Source: Patescibacteria group bacterium (GTDB taxonomy: Bacteria > Patescibacteriota > Minisyncoccia > UBA6257 > 2-01-FULL-56-20). From it: DNA of 64,000 nt. Within the stretch, counting starts at the first letter, position 1. The number at the start of each line of letters is the position of its first letter. Under the pieces are notes generated by a model that searched no databases, was not told the DNA's origin, and worked only from the letters and a program-made list of their open reading frames with translations. The position numbers were made by a program, and so were the translations under genes. The DNA lies in NCBI GenBank assembly GCA_038063755.1, contig JBBTUL010000012.1:64572-128571 (forward strand), given 5' to 3'. Shown here in pieces: positions 56,122 to 64,000 of the stretch.

Positions 56122-58305
56122 ATGAAGCAAGTATTTCAAAATCCGAAATCCGGAAAAACGAGGACCGAAGAAATCACCCCACCGCCCGTCCGCCGTGGTG
56201 GAGTTTTCGTAAAGAATATCTTTTCCGTCATCAGTGTCGGTACCGAGAGGAGCGTCATTGCCCTGTCGAAGAAAGGGTTACTGCAAAAAGCGAAAGAGCG
56301 ACCCGATTATGTCCAGAAGTTTTTGCTTGCCGTCAGAACGAAAGGATTTCTCGCCGCGTGGAAGATGGCTCAAGCAAAACTCGCGACCGACATAGCGCTT
56401 GGCTACTCAAGCGCCGGTGAAGTGCTCTCCGTGGGCGACGACGTGGAGGAGTTCAAAGCGGGGGACAGAGTTGCATGCGCGGGGCAGGATTACGCTTCGC
56501 ACGCGGAGTATGTATTTGTTCCGAAGAATCTTTGCGCCAAGATCCCGGCCGGGGTGGCGGAAGACGAAGCCGCTTTTGCGACACTTGGCGCTATCGCCAT
56601 GCAGGGGATCAGGCGCGCGGATCTTACTCCCGGAGAAACGGTGGGCGTAATCGGTTTGGGACTCTTGGGTCAGATCGCAACCCGCACGCTCAAGGCCTAC
56701 GGCCACCGAGTCATCGGATTCGATGTAAACTCCGGCCAGATCGCGTTTGCGAAAGAAAACGGCATTGATGCGGAGGTAATCATCGGAAAAGACGATGCGG
56801 ACGGCATAGTCGCGAAACTTACCGGCGGACGCGGATTGGATGCGGTTATCGTTTACGCGAGCACGAAGAGCGATGAACCCCTGAAGCTTGCGGTGCAGGT
56901 CGTTCGTGACCGGGGGAGAATTGTTCAGGTTGGCAATGTTCTCGCCAATATTCCATGGCGCGACTTCATAGCGAAGGAACTCACGTACCACTCTTCGCGC
57001 TCCTATGGCCCTGGAAGATACGACAAGAATTACGAAGAGCGAGGGAACGACTATCCGGTCGGATATGTTCGTTGGACGGAGCGACGGAACATCGAGGAAT
57101 TTTTGCGGCTTCTCGCGGACAAGAAAATGTCGGTCAAGAATCTCATTACCAGGTCTTTCGACATCGCGGAAGCGGAGAAGGCATACGAATTGGTGTTCAA
57201 CCCCCAAGGGTTAGTGCACGGAATCGTGCTTCGTTATCCGAAAGAAGGGAAGCCCGGCCCGTCCTTTATCAGATTGCGTGAGAATAATATCGTTTCTCGG
57301 GAACCGCTTGCGAAGCCCATTATAAACATCGGACTTATCGGTATCGGATCGTTCATGAAGTCGACCGTTATTTCGCACTTGAAGGAGGTGGAAGGAGTCC
57401 AAGTTGCCGCGGTTGCGCACACGAAAGGCCTTCCCGCTAAAGAGCTCGCGAAGGAAGCGGGAGCGGAATACGTGACATCCGAGTACGAGCGCCTGATTGA
57501 AGACAAAAATATCGATCTCATCATTTGCGCCACGCGGCACAGTTCGCATGCGAAAATCGCAAAAGAGGTTCTTGCTGCGGGGAAAAACCTCTACATCGAG
57601 AAGCCGCTCGCGCTCAACAAGGAAGATTTGGACGGAGTTATGGAGGCGGCGCGAAAATCGAAAGGGAGACTTCTCGTCGGATTCAATCGAAGGTTTTCTC
57701 ATCACTTTATGGAAGCGAAAAAAGAATTCGATGGGTCGAGTACGCCGCTTAATATCCTGTATCGGGTAAACGTGGGACCACTCGAATCGAACCACTGGTC
57801 GTACGACCCGAAAGAAGGCGGAAGGATTTTAGGCGAAGCGTGTCACTTCGTCCACGCGCTTCAGTACCTCACGGGTTCGCTTCCGAAGCGTCTCTGGACT
57901 GCGGCAATTCCCGCAGGAGGATCGGTTGCTCACGAAGAGAATTTTTCACTTACGATCGAATACGAGAACGGATCGCTCGGCACCGTCTCCTACTCCGCAC
58001 TCGGGAACTTCCGCGTGCCGAAGGAATATATAGAAATATACGGCGACGGGAAGATAATGATCATCGATAACTTCAAGAGTGGCCGTGTGATCCTTCCTTC
58101 GCGAACGAAAAACCTGAATCTGCGCCATCAGGACAAGGGCTATACCCGCGAGATCGAATTGTTGGTGAAGGCAATCAAGGACGGGACGCCGTCTCCGATG
58201 TCGCTCGATGAAATTTATGCCGCGCACCTCGCATCTTTCGCGATGATCGAGTCATTAAAAACCGGTAAGCCGATTTCTTTCGAGGACGGGACACAAAAAG
58301 CCTGA
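56122..58305 (+). CDS. Bi-domain oxidoreductase: zinc-type (MDR) alcohol dehydrogenase domain fused to Gfo/Idh/MocA oxidoreductase
   Basis: N-terminal half has GETVGVIGLGLLGQIATRTLKAYGHRVIGFDV (MDR Rossmann); C-terminal half has INIGLIGIGSFMKSTVISHL...ICATRHSSH (Gfo/Idh/MocA); 727 aa. Confidence 0.8.
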   Translation: MKQVFQNPKSGKTRTEEITPPPVRRGGVFVKNIFSVISVGTERSVIALSKKGLLQKAKERPDYVQKFLLAVRTKGFLAAWKMAQAKLATDIALGYSSAGEVLSVGDDVEEFKAGDRVACAGQDYASHAEYVFVPKNLCAKIPAGVAEDEAAFATLGAIAMQGIRRADLTPGETVGVIGLGLLGQIATRTLKAYGHRVIGFDVNSGQIAFAKENGIDAEVIIGKDDADGIVAKLTGGRGLDAVIVYASTKSDEPLKLAVQVVRDRGRIVQVGNVLANIPWRDFIAKELTYHSSRSYGPGRYDKNYEERGNDYPVGYVRWTERRNIEEFLRLLADKKMSVKNLITRSFDIAEAEKAYELVFNPQGLVHGIVLRYPKEGKPGPSFIRLRENNIVSREPLAKPIINIGLIGIGSFMKSTVISHLKEVEGVQVAAVAHTKGLPAKELAKEAGAEYVTSEYERLIEDKNIDLIICATRHSSHAKIAKEVLAAGKNLYIEKPLALNKEDLDGVMEAARKSKGRLLVGFNRRFSHHFMEAKKEFDGSSTPLNILYRVNVGPLESNHWSYDPKEGGRILGEACHFVHALQYLTGSLPKRLWTAAIPAGGSVAHEENFSLTIEYENGSLGTVSYSALGNFRVPKEYIEIYGDGKIMIIDNFKSGRVILPSRTKNLNLRHQDKGYTREIELLVKAIKDGTPSPMSLDEIYAAHLASFAMIESLKTGKPISFEDGTQKA

Positions 58306-59282
58306 TGTTGAGGGATAGGATCGATTATTTCAGGCGCATCTTCAGGGTTTACCTGACCTCGGACAAGGGATACCTTTCGTTTTGGCACGAACGTCCGGCC
58401 GTGAACGAAAATCTGATTCCCGGAGAACTGGGAGGCTACTACATGACCTTCGAGGACAAGGCCTCCTATCTCGGGCCAAAAGATGACGACGGGGTGATAC
58501 TCTTCGACTATTTTGCCGACATCGGAAGACAATATAACCCTCTTGCGGTCGCGCAATACGGACTGGCACACTATAACCTATACCTGAAGACCAAGCAGCG
58601 GGAACACCTCGATGTTGCACGGGCGCAGGCCGATTGGCTCGTGAAAAATCTCGAGGAGAACGATGCGGGCATTCCTGTCTGGAAACATAACTTTCGCTGG
58701 CGCTATAAACAGTACCTCGCTCCTGGGTGGTACTCGGCGCATTCCCAGGGTACAGGGATCTCGCTTCTGGGGCGGATGTATCATACGACGGGCGACGAGC
58801 GATACTTATATACGGCGAAAGAGGCGTTTCGGGCGCTTGATACGCGCATAGGAGACGGTGGCGTAAAGTGCATCGATGCCGCGGGAAATGTATGGCTTGA
58901 AGAGTACCTCGTAGACCCTCCCACACATATCCTGAACGGTTTTCTCTGGGGGCTGTGGGGCGTCTGGGACTACTATCTTCTTACCAACGATCCGCGGGGG
59001 TCGGGTCTCTTCGGGGATTGTATTAAAACACTGCTGGGGAATCTGAAACGATACGACACAGGATATTGGTCCCTGTATGACCTCTCCCAGCAATCAATGC
59101 ACATGCTGGCGAGCCCGTTCTATCAGCGCCTCCATATCGTACAGATGCGGATAATGTTTCTGATCACACACAACCCCCTCTTTGATTTTTACTGCCGAAG
59201 GTTCACTTTGTACGAGTCCCGCGGATGGAATCGATATCGCGCGATTCTGTACAAAGCGATTTTCAAACTCTTCTACTTCTAG
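58305..59282 (+). CDS. D-glucuronyl C5-epimerase C-terminal-domain-like protein
   Basis: 325 aa; blocks NPLAVAQYGLAHYNLY, PGWYSAHSQGTGISLLGRMYHTTGDERYL and NGFLWGLWGVWDYYLL resemble the (alpha/alpha)6 C5-epimerase C-terminal domain. Confidence 0.55.
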   Translation: MLRDRIDYFRRIFRVYLTSDKGYLSFWHERPAVNENLIPGELGGYYMTFEDKASYLGPKDDDGVILFDYFADIGRQYNPLAVAQYGLAHYNLYLKTKQREHLDVARAQADWLVKNLEENDAGIPVWKHNFRWRYKQYLAPGWYSAHSQGTGISLLGRMYHTTGDERYLYTAKEAFRALDTRIGDGGVKCIDAAGNVWLEEYLVDPPTHILNGFLWGLWGVWDYYLLTNDPRGSGLFGDCIKTLLGNLKRYDTGYWSLYDLSQQSMHMLASPFYQRLHIVQMRIMFLITHNPLFDFYCRRFTLYESRGWNRYRAILYKAIFKLFYF

Positions 59283-61204
59283 GAAGCGTTGCTGCTGAAC
59301 CAGTAGTCATACCAGAGTGAGAGCGAGATGAGGTTCCAGATTCTGAAGTTGTGGTTCACCGCCCCGCTTTGATGGAGTGATATGATGCGGTCGATGTAGT
59401 CGTAATCAAGGATTCCAAGCTCGCGGAGTTTCGAATTCTTGATCGCGGCGAGAAGCGGTTCTGCCGTTTTCGGATTTTTGAGCCATTCGGTCATGGGTGC
59501 TCCGAAGCCCTGTTTTTTTCGCGAGATGATCTCGTCGGGAATAATGCCTTGCACCGCTTTCTTAAGAATATATTTCGTTATGCGTTTCTTGAGTTTCAAT
59601 TTCTCCGGTATATGGAGCGCAAGTTCGACAAGGCGTTTGTCGAGGAACGGCACGCGCGCCTCGATTGAATGGGCCATGCCCATTTTGTCCACGCGGGCGA
59701 GAAGGAGTTCGGGGAGGCGAATTTTTAGCTCAAGGTAAGTAAGTCGTTCAAGGAAGTCTGCACCGGGATGTACGCGGTCAACCTCGTCGTAGTAGCTTTT
59801 TATCGTCGCGTATTCGTGTCCTGGCGTAAGCGTTGCGCGATATTCGGGAGTAAGCAGCTGCCTTTTCTGAGAGGGAGTAAAGGCGATGGCGTTTCCCCAA
59901 AACGGTTCTTCTCCGTCCGCAAGGCGTCTAAAATACTCTTTTTGGAATTCGTATTTGCCTGAGAGAAGCGGCGAAAGCATCCAATGCGGAATTTTGCGCA
60001 GAAATCTTGGAAGATAGCGCAAAAATCTCCATCCGGCGTTGTGGAGTCGAACCGAAAGAAGATATGCGGGATATCCGGCGAAGAGCTCATCGGCTCCTTC
60101 GCCGACTTGGGCCACAATAACGCAGCTCTTCCGGATAAGCTTCGAAAGATAATAGACAAGAAAACAAATTTGATCGCCGTTCGGGTCGTCTGCAGAGAAT
60201 CCGTAATCTGGGAGGAACGCGAGGAGGTCCTTCTCGCTCACGATGAGCTCGTGCGACTTTGCCCCCAAAAGCTCAACGATCTTTCGGGAGTATTCGAACT
60301 CATTGTAATGAGGATGCTCGTCGGACCCGACGGAAAAGGTCTCGACCGGCTTCCCGATGGCCCTACTCATAAGCGTCGCGTTTGTCGAAGAGTCGATGCC
60401 GCCGGAGAGGAAACATCCGAAAGGAACGTCCGAGACCATTTGCTTTCGAATGGAGTCTGTGAGAAGAGATCTAATTTCGTGAATATATTCTTCCTCGCTT
60501 TTTTCGCTCTCGCCCTCACGCATCAGAGGATTCCAGTACTCGCGGACGTTAACGTCCGCGCCTTTTTCGATTAAGAGAAAATGAGCCGCAGGAAGCTTTT
60601 TGATATCGCGGAAAAGGGTAAGCGGCGCGGGCATACAGGCAAACGTAAGATAATAAGAAACATTTTCTTTAGCAAGTTCTTTTCTAAATGACGGGTGGGC
60701 GAGAATCGCCTTCGGCTCGGAACCAAAGTAGAACGTGTCGTCCTGGACGGCATAGTAGAAAGGTTTAATACCGATGTGGTCGCGCGCTGCAAACAAAACT
60801 TCTCGCTTTTCATCCCAGATCACAAACGCGAACATGCCGTTTAGCCTTTTTACGACATCTGTGCCGTACTCTTCGTATCCATGGAGTATCGTCTCGGTGT
60901 CCCCGTGAGTTTTAAGAGTGTGCCCTTTTTTTAGAAGGTCCTCGCGAAGCTCCTGGAAGTTGTAAATTTCACCATTGAACGTGATCCAAACAGTGCCATC
61001 TTCGTTTGTCATCGGGCACGCCGCTTCCGGAGAAAGATCGATAATCGCGAGGCGGCGCTGGCTTAGCCCAACGTTTTTGTTCTTCGAAATGAAGTTAGCG
61101 GCACCATCGGGCCCGCGATGTTTAAGCGCATCGCGCATATGCGAGAGTTCCGAATCCAAAATTTCCCCGCCTTTTAACTTATATAATCCGGATATGCCGC
61201 ACAT
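59279..61204 (-). CDS. Asparagine synthase (glutamine-hydrolysing) family amidotransferase (AsnB/WbpS-like)
   Basis: N-terminal MCGISGL (Ntn glutaminase Cys2), PP-loop SGGIDSS; 641 aa. Confidence 0.9.
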   Translation of the reverse strand: MCGISGLYKLKGGEILDSELSHMRDALKHRGPDGAANFISKNKNVGLSQRRLAIIDLSPEAACPMTNEDGTVWITFNGEIYNFQELREDLLKKGHTLKTHGDTETILHGYEEYGTDVVKRLNGMFAFVIWDEKREVLFAARDHIGIKPFYYAVQDDTFYFGSEPKAILAHPSFRKELAKENVSYYLTFACMPAPLTLFRDIKKLPAAHFLLIEKGADVNVREYWNPLMREGESEKSEEEYIHEIRSLLTDSIRKQMVSDVPFGCFLSGGIDSSTNATLMSRAIGKPVETFSVGSDEHPHYNEFEYSRKIVELLGAKSHELIVSEKDLLAFLPDYGFSADDPNGDQICFLVYYLSKLIRKSCVIVAQVGEGADELFAGYPAYLLSVRLHNAGWRFLRYLPRFLRKIPHWMLSPLLSGKYEFQKEYFRRLADGEEPFWGNAIAFTPSQKRQLLTPEYRATLTPGHEYATIKSYYDEVDRVHPGADFLERLTYLELKIRLPELLLARVDKMGMAHSIEARVPFLDKRLVELALHIPEKLKLKKRITKYILKKAVQGIIPDEIISRKKQGFGAPMTEWLKNPKTAEPLLAAIKNSKLRELGILDYDYIDRIISLHQSGAVNHNFRIWNLISLSLWYDYWFSSNAS

Positions 61205-61746
61205 TACAAAACAAATTCGTGGATCGAAGCGCTTTTAAGATTAAGCTCGATATCTTCTCCGAGCATTTTATGAAGCAGACGAATAATGCCACCGTGTGTT
61301 ACGAGGATGACGTTTCGATGGCGAGTTTTTTTGAGCTCTCTTAGAAAAGAAGTGAGGCGTGATTTGACCTCTGTGGCGGACTCTCCTCCATACGGTCGGT
61401 AATCGTATTTCAAAAGAGTTTTGTCGATATATTCCATGTCTTTTCCTGCAATCTTAGCGACCTCCTTCCATGTCTTTCCTGAGAGCGATCCAAAATCACA
61501 CTCTGAAAGTTCCTCTTTTTCAGTTATCTTCATGCCGACTTTTTTCGCGATGACATCGGCTGTCTTCCTTGCGCGCTTCAGAGGCGAAGAAAATATTGCA
61601 TCAACCTTCTCTTGGGCGAGCATGTCGGCAAGATCGTTCGCCTGAGTCTTCCCTTCGGTGTTTAGCGACAGGTCCTCCCTTCTTCCCTGAAGCTTTCCGC
61701 TTTTATTAAAATCGGTTTCTCCGTGCCTTACGACGACGAGATTCAT
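61204..61746 (-). CDS. Histidine phosphatase family protein (phosphoglycerate-mutase-like)
   Basis: MNLVVVRHGETDFN (RHG motif), ...HGGIIRLL; 180 aa. Confidence 0.85.
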   Translation of the reverse strand: MNLVVVRHGETDFNKSGKLQGRREDLSLNTEGKTQANDLADMLAQEKVDAIFSSPLKRARKTADVIAKKVGMKITEKEELSECDFGSLSGKTWKEVAKIAGKDMEYIDKTLLKYDYRPYGGESATEVKSRLTSFLRELKKTRHRNVILVTHGGIIRLLHKMLGEDIELNLKSASIHEFVL

Positions 61747-61829
61747 GTATGTAAGTATCCCACATTCTTGACTTTTTGTGAAGAACAGACGTATGCTGTG
61801 ATCGGCATTTTGGGAGAGGAGAAAAAGGC

Positions 61830-62186
61830 ATGAGCAAGCCTGATTTCAATGAATTTCTAACGGTGGACGTGGAAGAAGATGAGCCAAAGCTTGGAAGCGG
61901 CATATCGCACAGCTTCAGCGTTCCGATAAGGGATGTCGTTGCGGTCTTTTCGGTTCAAAACACGGGAATTCTGCATGAATACGATGTTGTTGTTGCGTTG
62001 CAGAACGGTTTGCAAATTCGCGTGGCTACAGGAATGAGATTGGATTCCGCCACGTTTGTTTTTCAGGTTCTTTCTGCTCGGTGGCATGCCAATCTTGAAA
62101 AGAGAAAGGAATGGGTTCGTAAACAGTTTAGTCCGACTATTCCGAAGGTGCCAAGCCCTACTTGCGCTTCGGGGCTTTTGGAATAG
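61830..62186 (+). CDS. Hypothetical protein (118 aa)
   Basis: SD GGAGAGGAG upstream of the ATG; terminator follows. Confidence 0.5.
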   Translation: MSKPDFNEFLTVDVEEDEPKLGSGISHSFSVPIRDVVAVFSVQNTGILHEYDVVVALQNGLQIRVATGMRLDSATFVFQVLSARWHANLEKRKEWVRKQFSPTIPKVPSPTCASGLLE

Positions 62187-62192
62187 TTTCAT

Positions 62193-62220
62193 CCCGCCAA
62201 TAATCTGGCGGGTTTTTTTA
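62193..62220. terminator. Bidirectional rho-independent terminator
   Basis: Stem cccgcc / ggcggg with loop aataatct and a T-run; sits between convergent genes. Confidence 0.7.
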
Positions 62221-63558
62221 TTTATTCGTCACGAAGATATACCGAATGGTTCGGATGATGATGAGAAGATCAAGTACGAACGAGCGATTTTTTACGTAAT
62301 AAATATCATATTCAAGTTTCGCGCGCGCCTCTTCAAGCGAAGAGGAGGGTTTGTAGTTTATCTGCGCCCAGCCGGTTAGTCCTGGTTTTACCACATGGCG
62401 AATGTCGTAGTAGGGGATGTCCTGGTATTTTTTTGCGAGCTCGCTCCGCTCCGGACGTGGTCCGGTGAAAGAGATATCTCCCTTTATAATATTCCAAAGT
62501 TGAGGGACTTCATCGGCATGAGTAAGGCGAAGGAGCTTGCCGAGAGAAGTGATCCGGGGGTCATTCTCTTCTGTCCAGAGCGGCCAATTGTCTTTGTGAC
62601 CCTCCATTTTCATTGTTCTGAATTTATAGAGCGGGAAAAGCTTCCCGTTTTTCCCGAAGCGTTCTTGGATGAAGAGGGCTGGTCCTCGCGAGTCGATTTT
62701 TATCCCCAGCGTCACGAGAAGCGCGATGGGCGAAAGGATAATCCCGATTATAAGGCCGAGGAGAATGTCGAGCAGGCGCTTCGCGGCATCGTAGAACGGG
62801 CGGCGCATGGCAATGTGCTCGATTACCCACCCGTCCTTGATTTCGTCGAGCGGTACGCGATCGAGGATGAGTTCATAAAAATCCGAAAAACTTATGACGG
62901 CTGTTTCAAATGGAGACATGGAGTAGATAGCATGCACGATGTCCGATTTCTCCGAAAGTTTTGGCTGGACCACGATTGTTCGTGCGCCCGATTCTTTAAC
63001 TAGGGCGGGGATTTTTTTTAATTCATCTGGAGAGGCGTTCTTTATCCACCCGGCGAAGCGATAGCCCGCATGGAGGTTTTCTTCGAGATAGCGCGCGGTT
63101 TCTTCGATGCGCGGTGAGTTTCCGATTACGACAACAGGTGTTCTGCCGGAACGGAATACCGCGCCCAAGAAGGTCCTCCAGAGATAGCTCTCAAGAAAGA
63201 ATACAGTCGTAAAGATGAGGAGATTTGTTTTTGGCGCAAGCTCAAAGAACGGGCCGAAAAGATAGAAAAGAACCACGGAGGCGATTGCGGATATCGCGGT
63301 TGCAAGCGTCAGCTCGCTTGCAATGATGCTTTGCGTCCGGAAAGATTTTTGGCGGTAGAGATCAGCAAGATAAAAAACGAAAAGCCAAATAAGGAATATA
63401 GCCGAAAACGGGAGTGCGTGGTCTTCCAGGCGATCAAAAAAAAGATTTCGAGGGTAGCGTATAAAAAGCGTGACGGCAAGAGCGAAGAAAAGAAGTGCAA
63501 CGTCGCTTGCGGCGAGAAGCAATTTCTTTATTGTTGGCATATAAAAACATCCTACCAC
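62218..63558 (-). CDS. Undecaprenyl-phosphate sugar phosphotransferase (WbaP/CpsE-like initiating transferase)
   Basis: C-terminal bacterial sugar transferase domain KRLLDILLGLIIGIILSPIALLVTLGIKIDSRGPALFIQERFGKNGKLFPLYKFRTM...PGLTGWAQ; 446 aa with N-terminal TM segments. Confidence 0.9.
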   Translation of the reverse strand: MVGCFYMPTIKKLLLAASDVALLFFALAVTLFIRYPRNLFFDRLEDHALPFSAIFLIWLFVFYLADLYRQKSFRTQSIIASELTLATAISAIASVVLFYLFGPFFELAPKTNLLIFTTVFFLESYLWRTFLGAVFRSGRTPVVVIGNSPRIEETARYLEENLHAGYRFAGWIKNASPDELKKIPALVKESGARTIVVQPKLSEKSDIVHAIYSMSPFETAVISFSDFYELILDRVPLDEIKDGWVIEHIAMRRPFYDAAKRLLDILLGLIIGIILSPIALLVTLGIKIDSRGPALFIQERFGKNGKLFPLYKFRTMKMEGHKDNWPLWTEENDPRITSLGKLLRLTHADEVPQLWNIIKGDISFTGPRPERSELAKKYQDIPYYDIRHVVKPGLTGWAQINYKPSSSLEEARAKLEYDIYYVKNRSFVLDLLIIIRTIRYIFVTNK

Positions 63559-63603
63559 AGCACGCTTTGTATGGGGAGGCGTGTTTTTACTCCGCGAATT
63601 GTT

Positions 63604-64000
63604 CTAAGAAATCCTTAAAAGCCGATGCAGTGACGGAGGGATGAAGCGCAGCAACGATTGTTCCCGTGTGAAAAAGAGAATTGCAAAGTACGCAAGGGCG
63701 CCAAAACAGACCGAGAGGAGAACGTGCATTTCAAAGCTCGACAGGAGCCAAACCAAAAGACCCATGATGAGAGAGGACGGAATAATCTTTTTAAGGTGTG
63801 GAAGGGTGGTAAAACCGCTAGTTTTTTTGAGCGTGATCCATATGGCTCCCGTCGAAAGCACTTGGGCGACAACGGTCGCGATCGCGGCTCCTGCAATTCC
63901 ATACGGCGGGATAAGGAAGTAGTTAAGAATAACGTTTCCGATTGCTCCCAGGCCGAGCGATGTTATAAAGATTTTTTGTTTTCCTGCCGCAAAAACGGCG
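63604..64000 (-). CDS. Polysaccharide flippase (Wzx/MOP family), C-terminal part; N-terminus beyond window end
   Basis: Frame open from 63604 to the window end; ...YGIAGAAIATVVAQVLSTGAIWITLKK... typical of polysaccharide biosynthesis (Wzx) C-terminal helices. Confidence 0.55.
   Translation of the reverse strand, partial: AVFAAGKQKIFITSLGLGAIGNVILNYFLIPPYGIAGAAIATVVAQVLSTGAIWITLKKTSGFTTLPHLKKIIPSSLIMGLLVWLLSSFEMHVLLSVCFGALAYFAILFFTREQSLLRFIPPSLHRLLRIS

Noticed and set aside
56407-57207. 266-aa minus-strand ORF
   Set aside because: Antisense inside the 727-aa bi-domain oxidoreductase.

Overview
This 64-kb bacterial window has two parts. The left half (1-32.6 kb) carries housekeeping and accessory genes; the right half (32.6-64 kb) is one large surface-polysaccharide (O-antigen or capsule-like) biosynthesis locus. 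Strong GGAGG-type Shine-Dalgarno sites are common, and the gene content may suggest a small-genome, CPR-like bacterium, but I cannot confirm this.

Left half. A MgtA-like P-type ATPase runs off the window start on the minus strand; it is absent from the ORF track because its stop lies outside the window. An ABC-2 exporter operon and a TrmB-family regulator follow. A second, Ca-ATPase-like P-type ATPase is present. The smpB-ssrA (tmRNA) pair sits on the minus strand, with argS, ileS, trpS, RNase J, tRNA-Leu(CAG), an OppA-like binding protein, secG, gpmI and RNase Y.

Right half. The glycan locus holds eight predicted glycosyltransferases (five family 4, two family 2, plus a WbaP-like initiating sugar phosphotransferase), gmd, wecB/wecC-like genes and three methyltransferases. 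It also has a carbamoyltransferase with SxtJ/SxtK-like small partners, two SGNH hydrolases (one frameshifted) and two Wzy-like membrane proteins. Further genes are two bi-domain Gfo/Idh/MocA oxidoreductases, a glucuronyl C5-epimerase-like protein, an AsnB-like amidotransferase, a histidine phosphatase and a partial Wzx-like flippase.

Most notable observations:
1. A ~190-aa histidine-phosphatase (PGAM-like) domain is inserted inside isoleucyl-tRNA synthetase, between its two zinc-knuckle CxxC motifs.
2. The 2.7 kb downstream of ssrA carries three copies of the last 13 nt of the tmRNA, two ~146-bp direct repeats built from tandem hairpin modules, and a GIY-YIG nuclease gene; this looks like a relic of one or more integrative elements.
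3. The glycan locus combines carbamoylation, C5-epimerisation and uronamide-forming (AsnB/WbpS-like) functions.
4. There are two probable frameshifts: one at an A7 tract and one splitting an SGNH hydrolase.
5. A pair of 73-bp direct repeats, each containing a terminator, brackets a 1.5-kb one-gene segment.
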